From the NCBI GenBank assembly GCA_946965045.2, contig OX337229.1, positions 5,890,001-5,954,000 on the forward strand: a stretch of 64,000 nucleotides of DNA, given 5' to 3'. The stretch's first letter is position 1; each line of letters opens with the position of its first letter. The notes beneath the pieces are model-generated. The model saw only the letters and a program-made list of their open reading frames with translations. It made no database searches and was not told the DNA's origin. The stretch comes from Epithemia pelagica. Lineage: Eukaryota > Protista > Bacillariophyta. This document shows positions 41,088-51,450 of this stretch, in pieces. The position numbers were made by a program, and so were the translations under genes.

Positions 41088-41284
41088 TTGACAATGGTCC
41101 TTTGGTTCCGACATCATCCTTTTTTGGTAATACTATAGAACACCACAGACCAACACAGTATCATCACTACATTCTCTCCTAGACCGAGAATCCATCCTTT
41201 CTCGTCGAGAGGGGCGTTTCGTTATTTGATAAACAGTACACAGAGCGTTGCGTTTCTCTAGAGTGTAGATTCACTGGATTACTA

Positions 41285-41917
41285 CTAGAGCTTGAGTTTT
41301 TTGCGTTGTGGCAAGAGCAACAATTCATGTCGTTCCCTCGTTTCCTTCTTGTACTCGTCCAAGAGAGCTTGCACACTGGCAATCGTGTCGAATGTGGTAG
41401 TAGTCGTAGTCGTACTCGCACTCGCGGCGATTGGCGGCACTTGAGGCGTCGTCGTACTAGGGGATGACAACAAGGCCGAATTGGGTTTGGCACGGGAGGG
41501 GCGTGGTCCTCGTCGATTTCGATGACGACGGTGCAAGGGAAAGAAATGATCCAGCAAGGGTTGTAACTGAGTTTGCATGCGATTGGATTGTTGTTCCTGT
41601 CCTTCTTGCAAGTGTCGTGTCACGACCATGGGATCCACATAGGAGGCGGCCAATTGAGTGGCGGTCGCGGTCCACAAGGGTGTCAAGAGGGATTCCAGTT
41701 CGTGTCGCACGTGTGCTCCCGGTGTCTCCTCATGGTCCTTATTGGAAGAAGAAGAAGATACAACCAAGGATACCGGGGCTTCCAACAAGGCTTGTGTGGC
41801 TTGAAGGTTGGCATGACAGAGCCAATAGGCATCCCGTCGTCGTTGGAATCGACAAGATACTTTCGACGCTGCTGCTGCTGTTGTTCTGTCGTCTTGTTGT
41901 TGTTGTTGGTTCTTGTC

Positions 41918-41956
<39 letters not shown>

Positions 41957-43204
41957 TTCCGTCAAACTTGAATCGTTGCGTGGATCCGAGTTGCTGGAGT
42001 TCCCATTGATTTCATCGTCATAGAGAATGGTACCAAGGCCGTGAAACGATGTTTGTTGATGTTGTTGTTGACTGCTCCCACTGTGACTGTGACTGGAGGG
42101 AGAAGTGGTGGTAGTTGCTGTTGTTGTTGGTTCCAGGATGGTGCTGTTGTTGTGCAATTCCCATGTAGTCGTGTGTTGTGCCTGTTCCTCCAAATCTACC
42201 AGAGCCTCCCAGAGACGACTCCGTGTCGTTTCGAGTTCGTACAAGGCTGCCGCATCGTCGTCGTCGTCCGGCTGGTTGGGATCTTGCAAGCCGGACTGCA
42301 TGGGCCAGGCAAAAATTCGAAACCACAGCGATGGAAAGACCAGCATCAAATACGATGGTTTTTTCGAACGAAACAATCTCTTTCTGGAAGATTCGTCTGC
42401 TTCTTCTTGGTCCATCCAGCAAGTGTCGACGCCATTGTGGTTGTCCCCATTGGTCTCGGATACTGTGCCAGTCGGGTTCGTGGTGGTGGTGGTGGCATTG
42501 GCTTTTTCATCTTGTTCTTGGGAGGAGACGACTCTTATTTCTTGCAACCATGTCAGATCCAAGGCATAAATCTGACCCTGGATCCGAGCCAGGACATTGG
42601 TACAAGTTTCGGACACTCCTCCTCCTCCTCGTGTGGAGGAGGCCTTACCATCCGGGGACGTTGCGGTGCGGGGTCGACCTGTCGTTGTCGTCGTGGACCG
42701 TTGCGACAAGGATAAATGACTCATGGGTGGTGGTTTTTCAGTCCATTCCAAACACAATTCTATGGGAACCATGCCAGGATCGTTTGGCGGCGACGACAAT
42801 GGCAATGTGGTCGGAGGATTGTTGCTGCCAGTCGGTTCGTTGTCACTCAAAGAGGATGAATTTCCAAAAAAGAGAGGTCCTGAATAATGGGGCGCTGTTG
42901 CAATAGTTTCCCCATGGTTCTTGGGAATGCCATCGTCGTCGTCGTTGTCTTGCGGTTGTTGTGGTTGTTGTACCACATGTGGTTCCAAGGACACGTGATA
43001 GCGTCCACTGTGCGAAAGCAAAACTTCGTACCGACGACGAGCCGTTTGTGGAGGACCCGCCGTTGTTGTTGTTGAGGACAGTGTCGAGGGACTCAAGGCT
43101 CCCATCCTTCCACTCAACGGTGGCCATGGTTGGACCGAACTGGAAGAAGAAGAAGAAGACGGTAGGACAAACGGAAGACTCGACAAAAAGGAGGTACGGT
43201 CCAT
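41285..43204 (-). CDS. Hypothetical low-complexity protein
   Basis: Part of a 722-aa ORF; likely start MDRTSFL at 43204. Folded-looking patches (YEVLLSHSGRYHVSL, RIQGQIYALDL, YLMLVFPSLWFRIF) lie between poly-T/Q/S tracts. Confidence 0.65.
41917..41953. repeat. (TTG)n microsatellite (poly-Gln on minus strand)
   Basis: About 12 units. Confidence 0.9.
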
Positions 43205-43343
43205 GGTGAGGTGACAAGAGACGAGAGAGAGAAATGATGAGAAAGGGGAGAGGAGAGGGGGAGAGTGCGATGCGATTGGCAGACGACCTCTTTGCATTCG
43301 CTGATAGGGCGCACAAACAGCCGCTCTTAGATCGCGTTTATAA

Positions 43344-43835
43344 GGCCAATCCTTTAGCTCGCAAAACCAAATCAAAATTTCGTGCACGTCAGCATTTTGC
43401 GTCACGTTGACGTCATATATCCGGGTAAAAGAGCATTTCCGGATTTGTTCCAACCAATCCAGAACTCTGGATTTGTTCGAACAAATCCAGGAAATTCATT
43501 AGGGATAGTGTTTTACTTATGCTAGTGTAGAGGCCAGCCTACAGTTTCGAATATGTCAGGCGGGCGTTCGACATGATGGGTGGGCGTTCGACATGATGGA
43601 CGGGCGTTCGACTCTAACGGTATTCTTGCATAAAAAGTCGCTTCCTTAGTACCAAAAGTTTTAGTACTCAATTTTTCTAAGTGAAGAATGGGGGAGGATG
43701 GGGGACAGGATGGGGGACAGGCGCGGTCTTTTGGATTTGTTTTGCGAATGCGTAAGGACGGCGTTAGGCACAATTTCCAAAACCAAATCCGGCCCGGCCC
43801 ACACGGATTGGTTTTGTTGAGCTAAAGGAATGGCC
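43344..43835. mobile_element. PIF/Harbinger (Tourist)-type MITE
   Basis: TIRs GGCCAATCCTTTAGCTC / GAGCTAAAGGAATGGCC (16/17 match, extending imperfectly to about 30 bp), flanked on both sides by TAA (43341-43343, 43836-43838). Non-coding interior. Confidence 0.8.
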
Positions 43836-44100
43836 TAACGGGTTCTCATTTCTCAGTTTCCTTTGTTTTCTGTGGAACCAACCACTCACCTCACCAACAA
43901 CGACAATGAGCCCCAAGTTGGCCAAATAGCTTGCTGTTGTTTTCTATTGCGTCCTTCTTGGAGGTCATTTTAACGTGAATCCAGGCACCCGAACAAGAGA
44001 GCGTTGGCAACTCTCCACCCGAAAACTATCGAGGCTCATTTACACATTATTTAGACCAACGACAATCACCGAGGTGCAAGAACCCAAACTCCAAGCCTAT

Positions 44101-45654
44101 ATGGAGGGAGAAGCCGCGTTGCAGCGAGAGCTCGAATCTCAGCTCAGCTCCTTGCAACGCAAAGGAAGGATTTACTTTGGAACCTACCCCTACTCGGTTC
44201 TCCCACCCTTTACGCGTGCCATTGTGGAAAAAGTGACACGGCAAATCCACGACACACTCCTGTTGTCTTCTCGAGAGGAGGAGGAGGAGGAAGGTTCTCG
44301 ACTGGAAGAACTGGGCTTTTGTTCCTGTTCCTTTGGAGAAGGAGGTGTCCAAGCCTTGGAGGAATTTTTGAGTACAACAAATCCAGCCGCAACAACTCAT
44401 TTGGAATCGCTGGTGTTCAGTGACGTGCAAAATATTCAGTACGATGAAGTCGCTCGACTTGTGTGGACCTGTAGCAATCTCCGCATGGTCAAAGTGAGCA
44501 TGGCAGCGACCGTACCACCCGAACAGAGGGACGTTCCTGCGCGTGGTCGTCCGCCTCCACCGCCGCCCGTATTCTTTGGCACGGGAGGAAGCCTGGCGCA
44601 TTTCATGTATTCGGCTCGACGACTGCAAGTCTTGGATTTGTTGGGTTTGGAAAGCAGTCAAATGGACGACTTTGCCGATGGCTTGGTGTATATGCAACAG
44701 TTGCGGGAATTGCACATTTCCATGAAACATGTGTCTCATCATCACATTACGGCAACCCTCCAATCACTCTTGAACGTGACGAGGTTGGATTCCCTTGACC
44801 TGCGCCTCAATCCACCATCCTCCTTTGGTCGCTACGACCAGGGATGCCTCAAGGCATTGACCAAACTCTTACAACAGGGACGTTTGAATTCCTTGATTCT
44901 CGCCTCCATTCCATCCCTGTTTGATCTGCCATCATCCGATCCACAATCTACCACATTGGTCGACTTTTTTGGAGAATTACGCACGAACCAGTCTCTGCGA
45001 CGACTCGAATTGGGTCATTTGTTGGGTATACGGGAAGATCACGCGGTGGCTATATTCCAAGCTTTGGAGGAGAATACAACACTCTCTCGATTTTCATGGA
45101 ACACAACCCTCATGTTGGAAAAGACGTGGAGTGGACTCTTGACGAGTATTCCGAAACTCCAACACTTGTCGGAACTCACCTTTAGTGGAATTGGACCCGG
45201 AGTTGCCGCCATGGATGACAAGCTCAAGGCAGACGTGTTGGTGGCTCTCCGACAAAATATGAGCTTGACCAATTTTCGGTACGAACGAGGCTTTGATATC
45301 TTTGCGACGGATCGTGCCGAGGAACTCTTGGAAATTGCCGTCCGCAACAGTCAAATTGGAAGAGCACGGGTTGCGGTGGAAGCTACCATGAGTGGCTTTG
45401 ACGACGACAATGACACCAGCAGGACGATTATAGGCCATGGTATGGGCGGAGTTGCCGGTGGTCGTCACTTGGCCGTTTGGAAGGACGACTATTGGCCATT
45501 GCTCATGGCGAAATGGGGAAAACGGTCGGAAAGTTGCAGTGCGCTCTATTATATTGTGCAGAGACGGGCTATTCACTGGATCCAACAGACTCCTTCCTCC
45601 AATAAGGCGATGACGAGTGGACGGAAACGACCTCTTCCTTTGTCGTCATTTTGA
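44101..45654 (+). CDS. RNI-like leucine-rich repeat protein
   Basis: Repeated LxxLxL motifs (LQVLDLLG, LRELHISM, LDSLDLRLN, LRTNQSLRRLELG, LEENTTLSRF, LRQNMSLTNF). Start uncertain. Confidence 0.8.
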   Translation: MEGEAALQRELESQLSSLQRKGRIYFGTYPYSVLPPFTRAIVEKVTRQIHDTLLLSSREEEEEEGSRLEELGFCSCSFGEGGVQALEEFLSTTNPAATTHLESLVFSDVQNIQYDEVARLVWTCSNLRMVKVSMAATVPPEQRDVPARGRPPPPPPVFFGTGGSLAHFMYSARRLQVLDLLGLESSQMDDFADGLVYMQQLRELHISMKHVSHHHITATLQSLLNVTRLDSLDLRLNPPSSFGRYDQGCLKALTKLLQQGRLNSLILASIPSLFDLPSSDPQSTTLVDFFGELRTNQSLRRLELGHLLGIREDHAVAIFQALEENTTLSRFSWNTTLMLEKTWSGLLTSIPKLQHLSELTFSGIGPGVAAMDDKLKADVLVALRQNMSLTNFRYERGFDIFATDRAEELLEIAVRNSQIGRARVAVEATMSGFDDDNDTSRTIIGHGMGGVAGGRHLAVWKDDYWPLLMAKWGKRSESCSALYYIVQRRAIHWIQQTPSSNKAMTSGRKRPLPLSSF

Positions 45655-45797
45655 ATTATGTTCGTCATTGGTCGAGGGGAGCGCGTGATAGACCACATAG
45701 CATTTTGAGTCGCTTTGGGGTCGCGGACAATCCTCGCGCGATTTTCTTTTGTCATTTTTTTGTCGGAAGCACTTTCCCGTCCATTGAAGCCTTCTGG

Positions 45798-46598
45798 ATG
45801 TCTTCATTCTCCAACAAACCCCTTCAAGAATCCGTTGCCGTGATATGGGCTGCAACCTTGGAAGTCTGGGTCCATCAAATCCTCTTTGTACGACGAGTCT
45901 ACCCTCTCGAGACGTTTGGGCCGGCCGAATATCAAGGAATCACCACGTGTAAGGTGTGTCGACACCCCGAGGTGGTGTCGTATATTCACGATACTGTGGA
46001 AACGGCTGTCCCTGCCTTGCTGGGTGGTACGGCAACCGAACTTTCGCTGCGGATTGTGGAACGCGACGCCGTCACGGAGACGATTGCCATGGAATGGGAA
46101 GTGTATACGCTACGAATGCTGAATATTCACTTGGCATTGGCGGAGCAAATTGTTGCTTCGGATGCAACGACCAAAGCGGAATTGCTCTTGCAATTGGAGC
46201 GGGGATTGCGCAATCTCATTTTGAAAGTACAGGGCCTGTCGCATGGACATGTCACCTCCTCGGTGTTGTCTCTGGATCAACTCTCGTTTGAGCTGACACT
46301 CAAAGTACCAAACGAAGATCCATCTTGTGTTTCGCTTCAAGAAGGCTTTGACAAGGGTACGTGGAATGAGACAACACCGTTCACGGAGGAGCAAAAACGA
46401 CGGCCACCGAATGATACCAAAACTGCACGTGTCCTACGGCCCTTGCATCTCGTGGAAACAGAATTGTGTCGACTGGATTTTTCCTTGATACGAAACCAGC
46501 ATATACAAGTCCCCTCTGTCGCGGCTCGACACACGACAGCAACAACAACAACAACATCTCTAGTAGTAGAAGAGGCCCATGATGACACTGCTGGCTAG
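45798..46598 (+). CDS. REV7: HORMA-domain protein, REV7/MAD2L2-like
   Basis: LEVWVHQILFVRRVYPLETF...CRHPEVVSYIHDTV...EVYTLRM...LRNLILKV. Confidence 0.8.
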   Translation: MSSFSNKPLQESVAVIWAATLEVWVHQILFVRRVYPLETFGPAEYQGITTCKVCRHPEVVSYIHDTVETAVPALLGGTATELSLRIVERDAVTETIAMEWEVYTLRMLNIHLALAEQIVASDATTKAELLLQLERGLRNLILKVQGLSHGHVTSSVLSLDQLSFELTLKVPNEDPSCVSLQEGFDKGTWNETTPFTEEQKRRPPNDTKTARVLRPLHLVETELCRLDFSLIRNQHIQVPSVAARHTTATTTTTSLVVEEAHDDTAG

Positions 46599-47281
46599 AA
46601 TAGTCCTAGAAACTTTACTCTCTTGGCCGGTGCCACTGGAATGGGTTCGACAAAGGATTTGGGATACCATCCAACCGCCGAAACGTCTCCTTCGGCGGTC
46701 CTGGTTCGACATAGATTATAGCCTTGATTGGGTCCGACATTTTCTTGGACAATTTCCACGACATCTCCCACCGCCACTGTGTCTCGTAAGCCCATGGTGC
46801 CGCCCATTTTGTACTGGATAATCACCTTGGCCACAAACAAGGCCGGTCGATCCTTCCATTCCTCGAGCAGGCCTTGTCTCGTTTCTTCTTCTTCCTTGGC
46901 CAATTGAGCAATTTGTTGTTGCGCGGCGCTGGCGTCGAGATATTGCAATACATTGTCCACCACCAACAAACCAAGGATCAAACTTCCAATTCCCAGCATG
47001 ATGGGATTCACCACACGTCGTTCCTTGGGAGCGTGACTCGTAGTAGTAGTATTAGTAGAACCAAGCACATGGGGCAACACTCGTGGCATGGGAGGTTTGG
47101 GTCGAGGAGCAGGCGTTGTGGTTGTGGCTGTCTGTGTGGAGTGAGAGCAATTTGCCACAGTGTGTGGAGGAGTCGCCAATCGTCCCCGAAGACAGATCCC
47201 TATTCTAGAATCCATTCTTCGAGAAAGACACAATGTGTAGCGGTTCATGGTGGCTCTTGATAATGGGACCCTCATGGTCAT
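46595..47281 (-). CDS. Single-pass membrane protein with C-terminal SH3-like domain
   Basis: TM IMLGIGSLILGLLVV; SH3-like AKVIIQY...VAVGDVVEIV...YNLCRT...VGWYPKSFVEPI. Confidence 0.7.
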   Translation of the reverse strand: MTMRVPLSRATMNRYTLCLSRRMDSRIGICLRGRLATPPHTVANCSHSTQTATTTTPAPRPKPPMPRVLPHVLGSTNTTTTSHAPKERRVVNPIMLGIGSLILGLLVVDNVLQYLDASAAQQQIAQLAKEEEETRQGLLEEWKDRPALFVAKVIIQYKMGGTMGLRDTVAVGDVVEIVQENVGPNQGYNLCRTRTAEGDVSAVGWYPKSFVEPIPVAPAKRVKFLGLF

Positions 47282-47489
47282 TGTTTATACTTTCGGTTGC
47301 AATACGTTCTGTGCTGGTCGCAATGATCGCGCTTCTTTCTAAGGGGCTCGTGTCACACATTTTTTGTGCGACCCGGGTCCTACATCCCCGATCTTTCTGG
47401 TAAATGCGCTCTCTCGACTCTCGACGTTTTGTCATCGGAGACCCAAAGGCATACCGTATCTTACTGAAAAGTGAAAAGGAACGACAAGA

Positions 47490-48287
47490 ATGACACAAGT
47501 TGAAGACCTTGCTGCTATGGAGATGCGATTGTATCGACTGGAAATGAAATTGTTGGGAGGTGGAGACGGCACGGACAAGAACAGCAACAACAAGAAGGAA
47601 TCGCCGCAACGATCCTCGTCCAGCCCCGTCAAGTTTTCCTTGGATCATACTACGACGAGTGGTGAGGACAATATGGCCATTTTGGACACGCAACCACAAA
47701 CTGCAGCGTCCAAAGAACAGCAACAACAACAACGACAAGATTTTGCCTCGCGGTTAACCTCCTTGGAACAACAAGTGGCCTCTCTGTCCAAGTCGTCGGT
47801 GCATCGGGATGCCTTGGAAACGCATTGGAAAGAAATTCAGCAGTATTTGCAAGATTTGGATCCGGGTGCCGCCTTGACCCATCAACAATCCATTGCGAGT
47901 CCATTCTTGTTTCGACGTCAAGAAGTTTTGGCATCGGCCGAGGAATTAAAACAAAACATGCAACATGTGACGGACATTTTGAATCTCTTGTGGATTGGTC
48001 AAACCATGCCGTCGTCGTCCTCGTCGTCGTCGGCCAAATCGGAGTGGAAGATTACCGAAATGCACGTGACCAAGGCACCCATTTTAGTCACGGCACCCGC
48101 ACTCTCGCGCGAACAGCAACAAGCCTTGAAACATGTCCAAGAAACCTTGCACTCCTTGAGTCATCGTGTGACCAATGTGTCGGCCCAGTTGGATCGCCTC
48201 ATTCTCGGATTTCAAAAGGTGGTGACTATTACCTCGGAAAAAATGGTTCTCATGGACGAAGAGTTGCGCTTGAAACAACAACAGTAA
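47490..48287 (+). CDS. Coiled-coil protein, dynactin p22/DCTN3-like
   Basis: LAAMEMRLYRLEMKLLG, RRQEVLASAEEL, and C-terminal LDRLILGFQKVVTITSEKMVLMDEEL. Confidence 0.6.
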   Translation: MTQVEDLAAMEMRLYRLEMKLLGGGDGTDKNSNNKKESPQRSSSSPVKFSLDHTTTSGEDNMAILDTQPQTAASKEQQQQQRQDFASRLTSLEQQVASLSKSSVHRDALETHWKEIQQYLQDLDPGAALTHQQSIASPFLFRRQEVLASAEELKQNMQHVTDILNLLWIGQTMPSSSSSSSAKSEWKITEMHVTKAPILVTAPALSREQQQALKHVQETLHSLSHRVTNVSAQLDRLILGFQKVVTITSEKMVLMDEELRLKQQQ

Positions 48288-48472
48288 TGCCAGTATCTAT
48301 TATAGAGAACACATCAATCCGTAAAGTAGTAGAAACTACTCCACAGCAGTTCCTCTTCCTCTGAGGCACCCCCTGACCCCTGACATCTCATATCGTTACA
48401 GACAGAACAGTTGTATCATGACTGTGTTTCTCTAAAAATATGCCTCTTATATTGTTCGTTGTTGCTACTATA

Positions 48473-50929
48473 TTACGGAAGCTCGTCTTGGTATCGTTCC
48501 AGGACGACATTTCGTTTCACCTTGTACGATTGTGTCAGCAATCCATTGGCCATGGAGAAGGGTTCGAGCGTGCCAAAGACGGCACCGACTTGTTCCCATG
48601 GTCGAAAGCCCACGGCTGTGGCACGGGACATGTCGGCCAGTATTCGGGCCTGTAAAGCGGAATTTTGCCGAATTTGGGCACTGTAGGATTCCAATCGTTG
48701 CAATTCGGCGGTACACTCTTCGGGTCGCGTCTTGGGATCATTGACAGTATCAATGGCTTGTTGCAATTCCTGAATGGTACTGTCCTCTTCTTGGACAAAT
48801 CCTTGTTCGACGAGGGCCTTGAGATTGAGGACGGCAATGGCCACGAGTCGTCGTCCATCCTGGCCGGTCAACATGACTTGATCCAACAAGCTATTGGGTT
48901 CGCCCAAAATGGCATCTTCAATGGGTGTCGGTTCAATATTTTCCCCATTGGACAAGACAATGGTATCCTTGGCGCGACCCGTCAAGATCAAATCGCCCGT
49001 GGCCGGATTGATCCGGCCCAAATCACCCGTTTGGAACCATCCGGCGGGATCAATCGCTTCGGCCGTGGCGTCGGGATTTTTGTAATAACCCAGCATGACT
49101 TGGGGACCCCGTCCCAAGACGGTTCCCACTTGACCATTGGGCAAGGCCGGTGGGGTTGGTCCCCCGACGGTCACCAATTCGGGATCCACGACGCGGACTT
49201 CGGTATCCAAACAGGGTTGACCGACACACCCGGCTTGGACCAAATTTTCATCACTCCGGCGATAGGACAAGAGAGGAGAACATTCGGTCAAGCCATAACC
49301 GACACAAATGGGAATCCCCGCCGTTTCATAAAAGCGTTCCAAGGATCCCACGAGGGCACTTCCACCACAAATAATGGTCTTGACCTTGCCCCCAAAACCG
49401 GCTTGGACCTTGCTCCATACCAGTTTGTTGCCCACGGCATGGAGACATGCCAGGCCTTGGGCGGCCAGTTTGGCCGACAGGGTTTCGAGGGGACCGGGTG
49501 GTTCGGAATCCACCACGAGACCTCGACTGAGTTTTCGAAATCGAACCGTGCTTTGTCCGACATTGGTAAAGAGTTTGGACAAGACCTTGACGGCCGGTGA
49601 TCCTCCCGTGAATTTGTCTTGCACACCACTGGCAATTTTTTCCAACACCCGGGGGACCAAGACGAGCCATTCCGGTTGGTGTTGGGCCAAGTCATTTTTG
49701 AAATGACGAATACTGGAATACACGACGCGACACCCTCGTGTGACCATCCACAATTCAAAGGTTCGTTCGGTAATGTGCCAGACGGGAAGGAGGGAGACCA
49801 TGGTTTCGCCGGGGAGGGGTTCGGATTCTTCATAGGGTTTGTTTCGTGAGAGCCGGAGACTGGTTTGATGCAAGAGATTGCCATGACGAAGCATGACACC
49901 CTTGGGACGTCCCGTCGTACCGGACGTGTAGACAATGGTAGCGACATTGTCGCGGGTCAAGGCGGCAAATTGGTCGGTCGGCAAGGGTTCCATGGCCTTG
50001 TATTCCGTGGCCAACAAGAGGACTTGAACTCCATAGTCCTTGGACAATTGCGCAATCTCCTCATCGGAATGCTTTTCCCGATGCATGAGAAGGACCGTTT
50101 TGACACTGCCATGTTTGGCATTGGCCAATCCCAATCCAGCCAAATTGTTCTCCTTGGCACTCTTGGCCAGTCGTTTCAACAATTTGGGTCCTTGCAACAC
50201 GACCAGACCAGCCGAATCGGAATGCTCGTAAATATAGCGCAATTCATCGGCCGGTGCATCGGCGCCCCGGACCGCCGAAACACCCCCAGCGCGTTGCAAG
50301 CCATGATCGACCAAGAGCCAATAGGCGGAATTTTCTCCCAAGACGGCGACATGGGTTCCTTTCTGGACGCCCAATTTGCGAAAGAGGGCCGCCGATTGCG
50401 AGACGGCCTGATTCATTTGCATAAACGACCAATCAATCTTGTCGTCGTCACACAAGTGGGCATCGTAAATGGCCGATCGATCGGGACAATGGCAGGCCAA
50501 TTCGTGCCAGACTTGGGGACAGGATTCAACAATGTCTCGTGCCGTGCGTAATTTGTTCACCAAGGGATCCGTCGCATAGTCCAAGGGATTGAGGGCGTCG
50601 CTACTCAAAATATTGCCAAAGCGATCCGTCGTCCGTTTCTTGGTTTGGATGGCAGCGTCGTCCGGTCCTCCAAACAAAATGTCCTCGTCTTGCTGTGACA
50701 ACTGTTCTTGTTGTTCGTTCGACGTTACGGACATGGGCAATTCCCCCACACGAGGTTTGGAGAAGGACGTGAAATACCAAAGATCCGAACGTGTCGTCGT
50801 CGGAATTGGCGTAAAGGCTTCGGTCATCGTCGTCGTCGTCGTCAAGGAAGGAGGACCCATCATCATCAGTATCGACAAAAGCAACAGCATGGCCATTGTG
50901 GTTGGGAGGCCCCGTTCCATTCGAATCAT
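48473..50929 (-). CDS. Plastid-targeted long-chain acyl-CoA/acyl-ACP synthetase (AMP-binding family)
   Basis: TIVYTSGTTGRPKGVMLRHGN, GYGLTECSP, WFQTGDLG, GRAKDTIVLSNGENIEPTPIE; signal peptide plus EA-FTP motif. Confidence 0.92.
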   Translation of the reverse strand: MIRMERGLPTTMAMLLLLSILMMMGPPSLTTTTTMTEAFTPIPTTTRSDLWYFTSFSKPRVGELPMSVTSNEQQEQLSQQDEDILFGGPDDAAIQTKKRTTDRFGNILSSDALNPLDYATDPLVNKLRTARDIVESCPQVWHELACHCPDRSAIYDAHLCDDDKIDWSFMQMNQAVSQSAALFRKLGVQKGTHVAVLGENSAYWLLVDHGLQRAGGVSAVRGADAPADELRYIYEHSDSAGLVVLQGPKLLKRLAKSAKENNLAGLGLANAKHGSVKTVLLMHREKHSDEEIAQLSKDYGVQVLLLATEYKAMEPLPTDQFAALTRDNVATIVYTSGTTGRPKGVMLRHGNLLHQTSLRLSRNKPYEESEPLPGETMVSLLPVWHITERTFELWMVTRGCRVVYSSIRHFKNDLAQHQPEWLVLVPRVLEKIASGVQDKFTGGSPAVKVLSKLFTNVGQSTVRFRKLSRGLVVDSEPPGPLETLSAKLAAQGLACLHAVGNKLVWSKVQAGFGGKVKTIICGGSALVGSLERFYETAGIPICVGYGLTECSPLLSYRRSDENLVQAGCVGQPCLDTEVRVVDPELVTVGGPTPPALPNGQVGTVLGRGPQVMLGYYKNPDATAEAIDPAGWFQTGDLGRINPATGDLILTGRAKDTIVLSNGENIEPTPIEDAILGEPNSLLDQVMLTGQDGRRLVAIAVLNLKALVEQGFVQEEDSTIQELQQAIDTVNDPKTRPEECTAELQRLESYSAQIRQNSALQARILADMSRATAVGFRPWEQVGAVFGTLEPFSMANGLLTQSYKVKRNVVLERYQDELP

Positions 50930-51450
50930 CCTGATAATTCTCTCCAGCGTTCACCTATTCTATCGCTTTCTCTCTCTTCGTTGCTTAGAAAGACCTTTTC
51001 TACAGACCAACGTTTACTGACCTTTTCTACAGAACAACGTTTACTCTTCCCCTATGTCAACAGGACAACGTCGTTGTTCTTTGGATATATCAAAAGTCGG
51101 TTGCAGTTCGATGGTGGCTTGGATCGCAGGGATTGGTATTCAAATTCCCCGCGTTTCCAAAACCGTCAATAAAAATATCCGATTGGAAGTATCTGAGATA
51201 TGGTCGATGAGGAGTGTTATGTTCCTAAAAGCGACCGATAAGCGATCAATGCGATTTGCCAAGACTGTCGCTGGCGAGTTGGGAACGGGACTCTGGCTTT
51301 GACACGCCGTGTACAAAAATTTTAAATTTGTTATGGTGTGACAACGACGACGCGAACGAACCGAACACATGGCCCCTTGATTCTTTCGACATTCGACACA
51401 ACATAATAACAAAAACAATCTACAGAGAATGAAACTGTATCCATAACAGC

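Noticed and set aside
43562-43612. 20-bp-period repeat, and the 33-bp repeats at 57480-57680, as possible CRISPR arrays
   Set aside because: There are no unique spacers of constant length, no cas genes, and the context is eukaryotic.
2432-46598. RecQ, p400-like and REV7 as a DNA-repair gene cluster
   Set aside because: They are far apart and interleaved with unrelated genes, which is ordinary for a compact eukaryotic genome.
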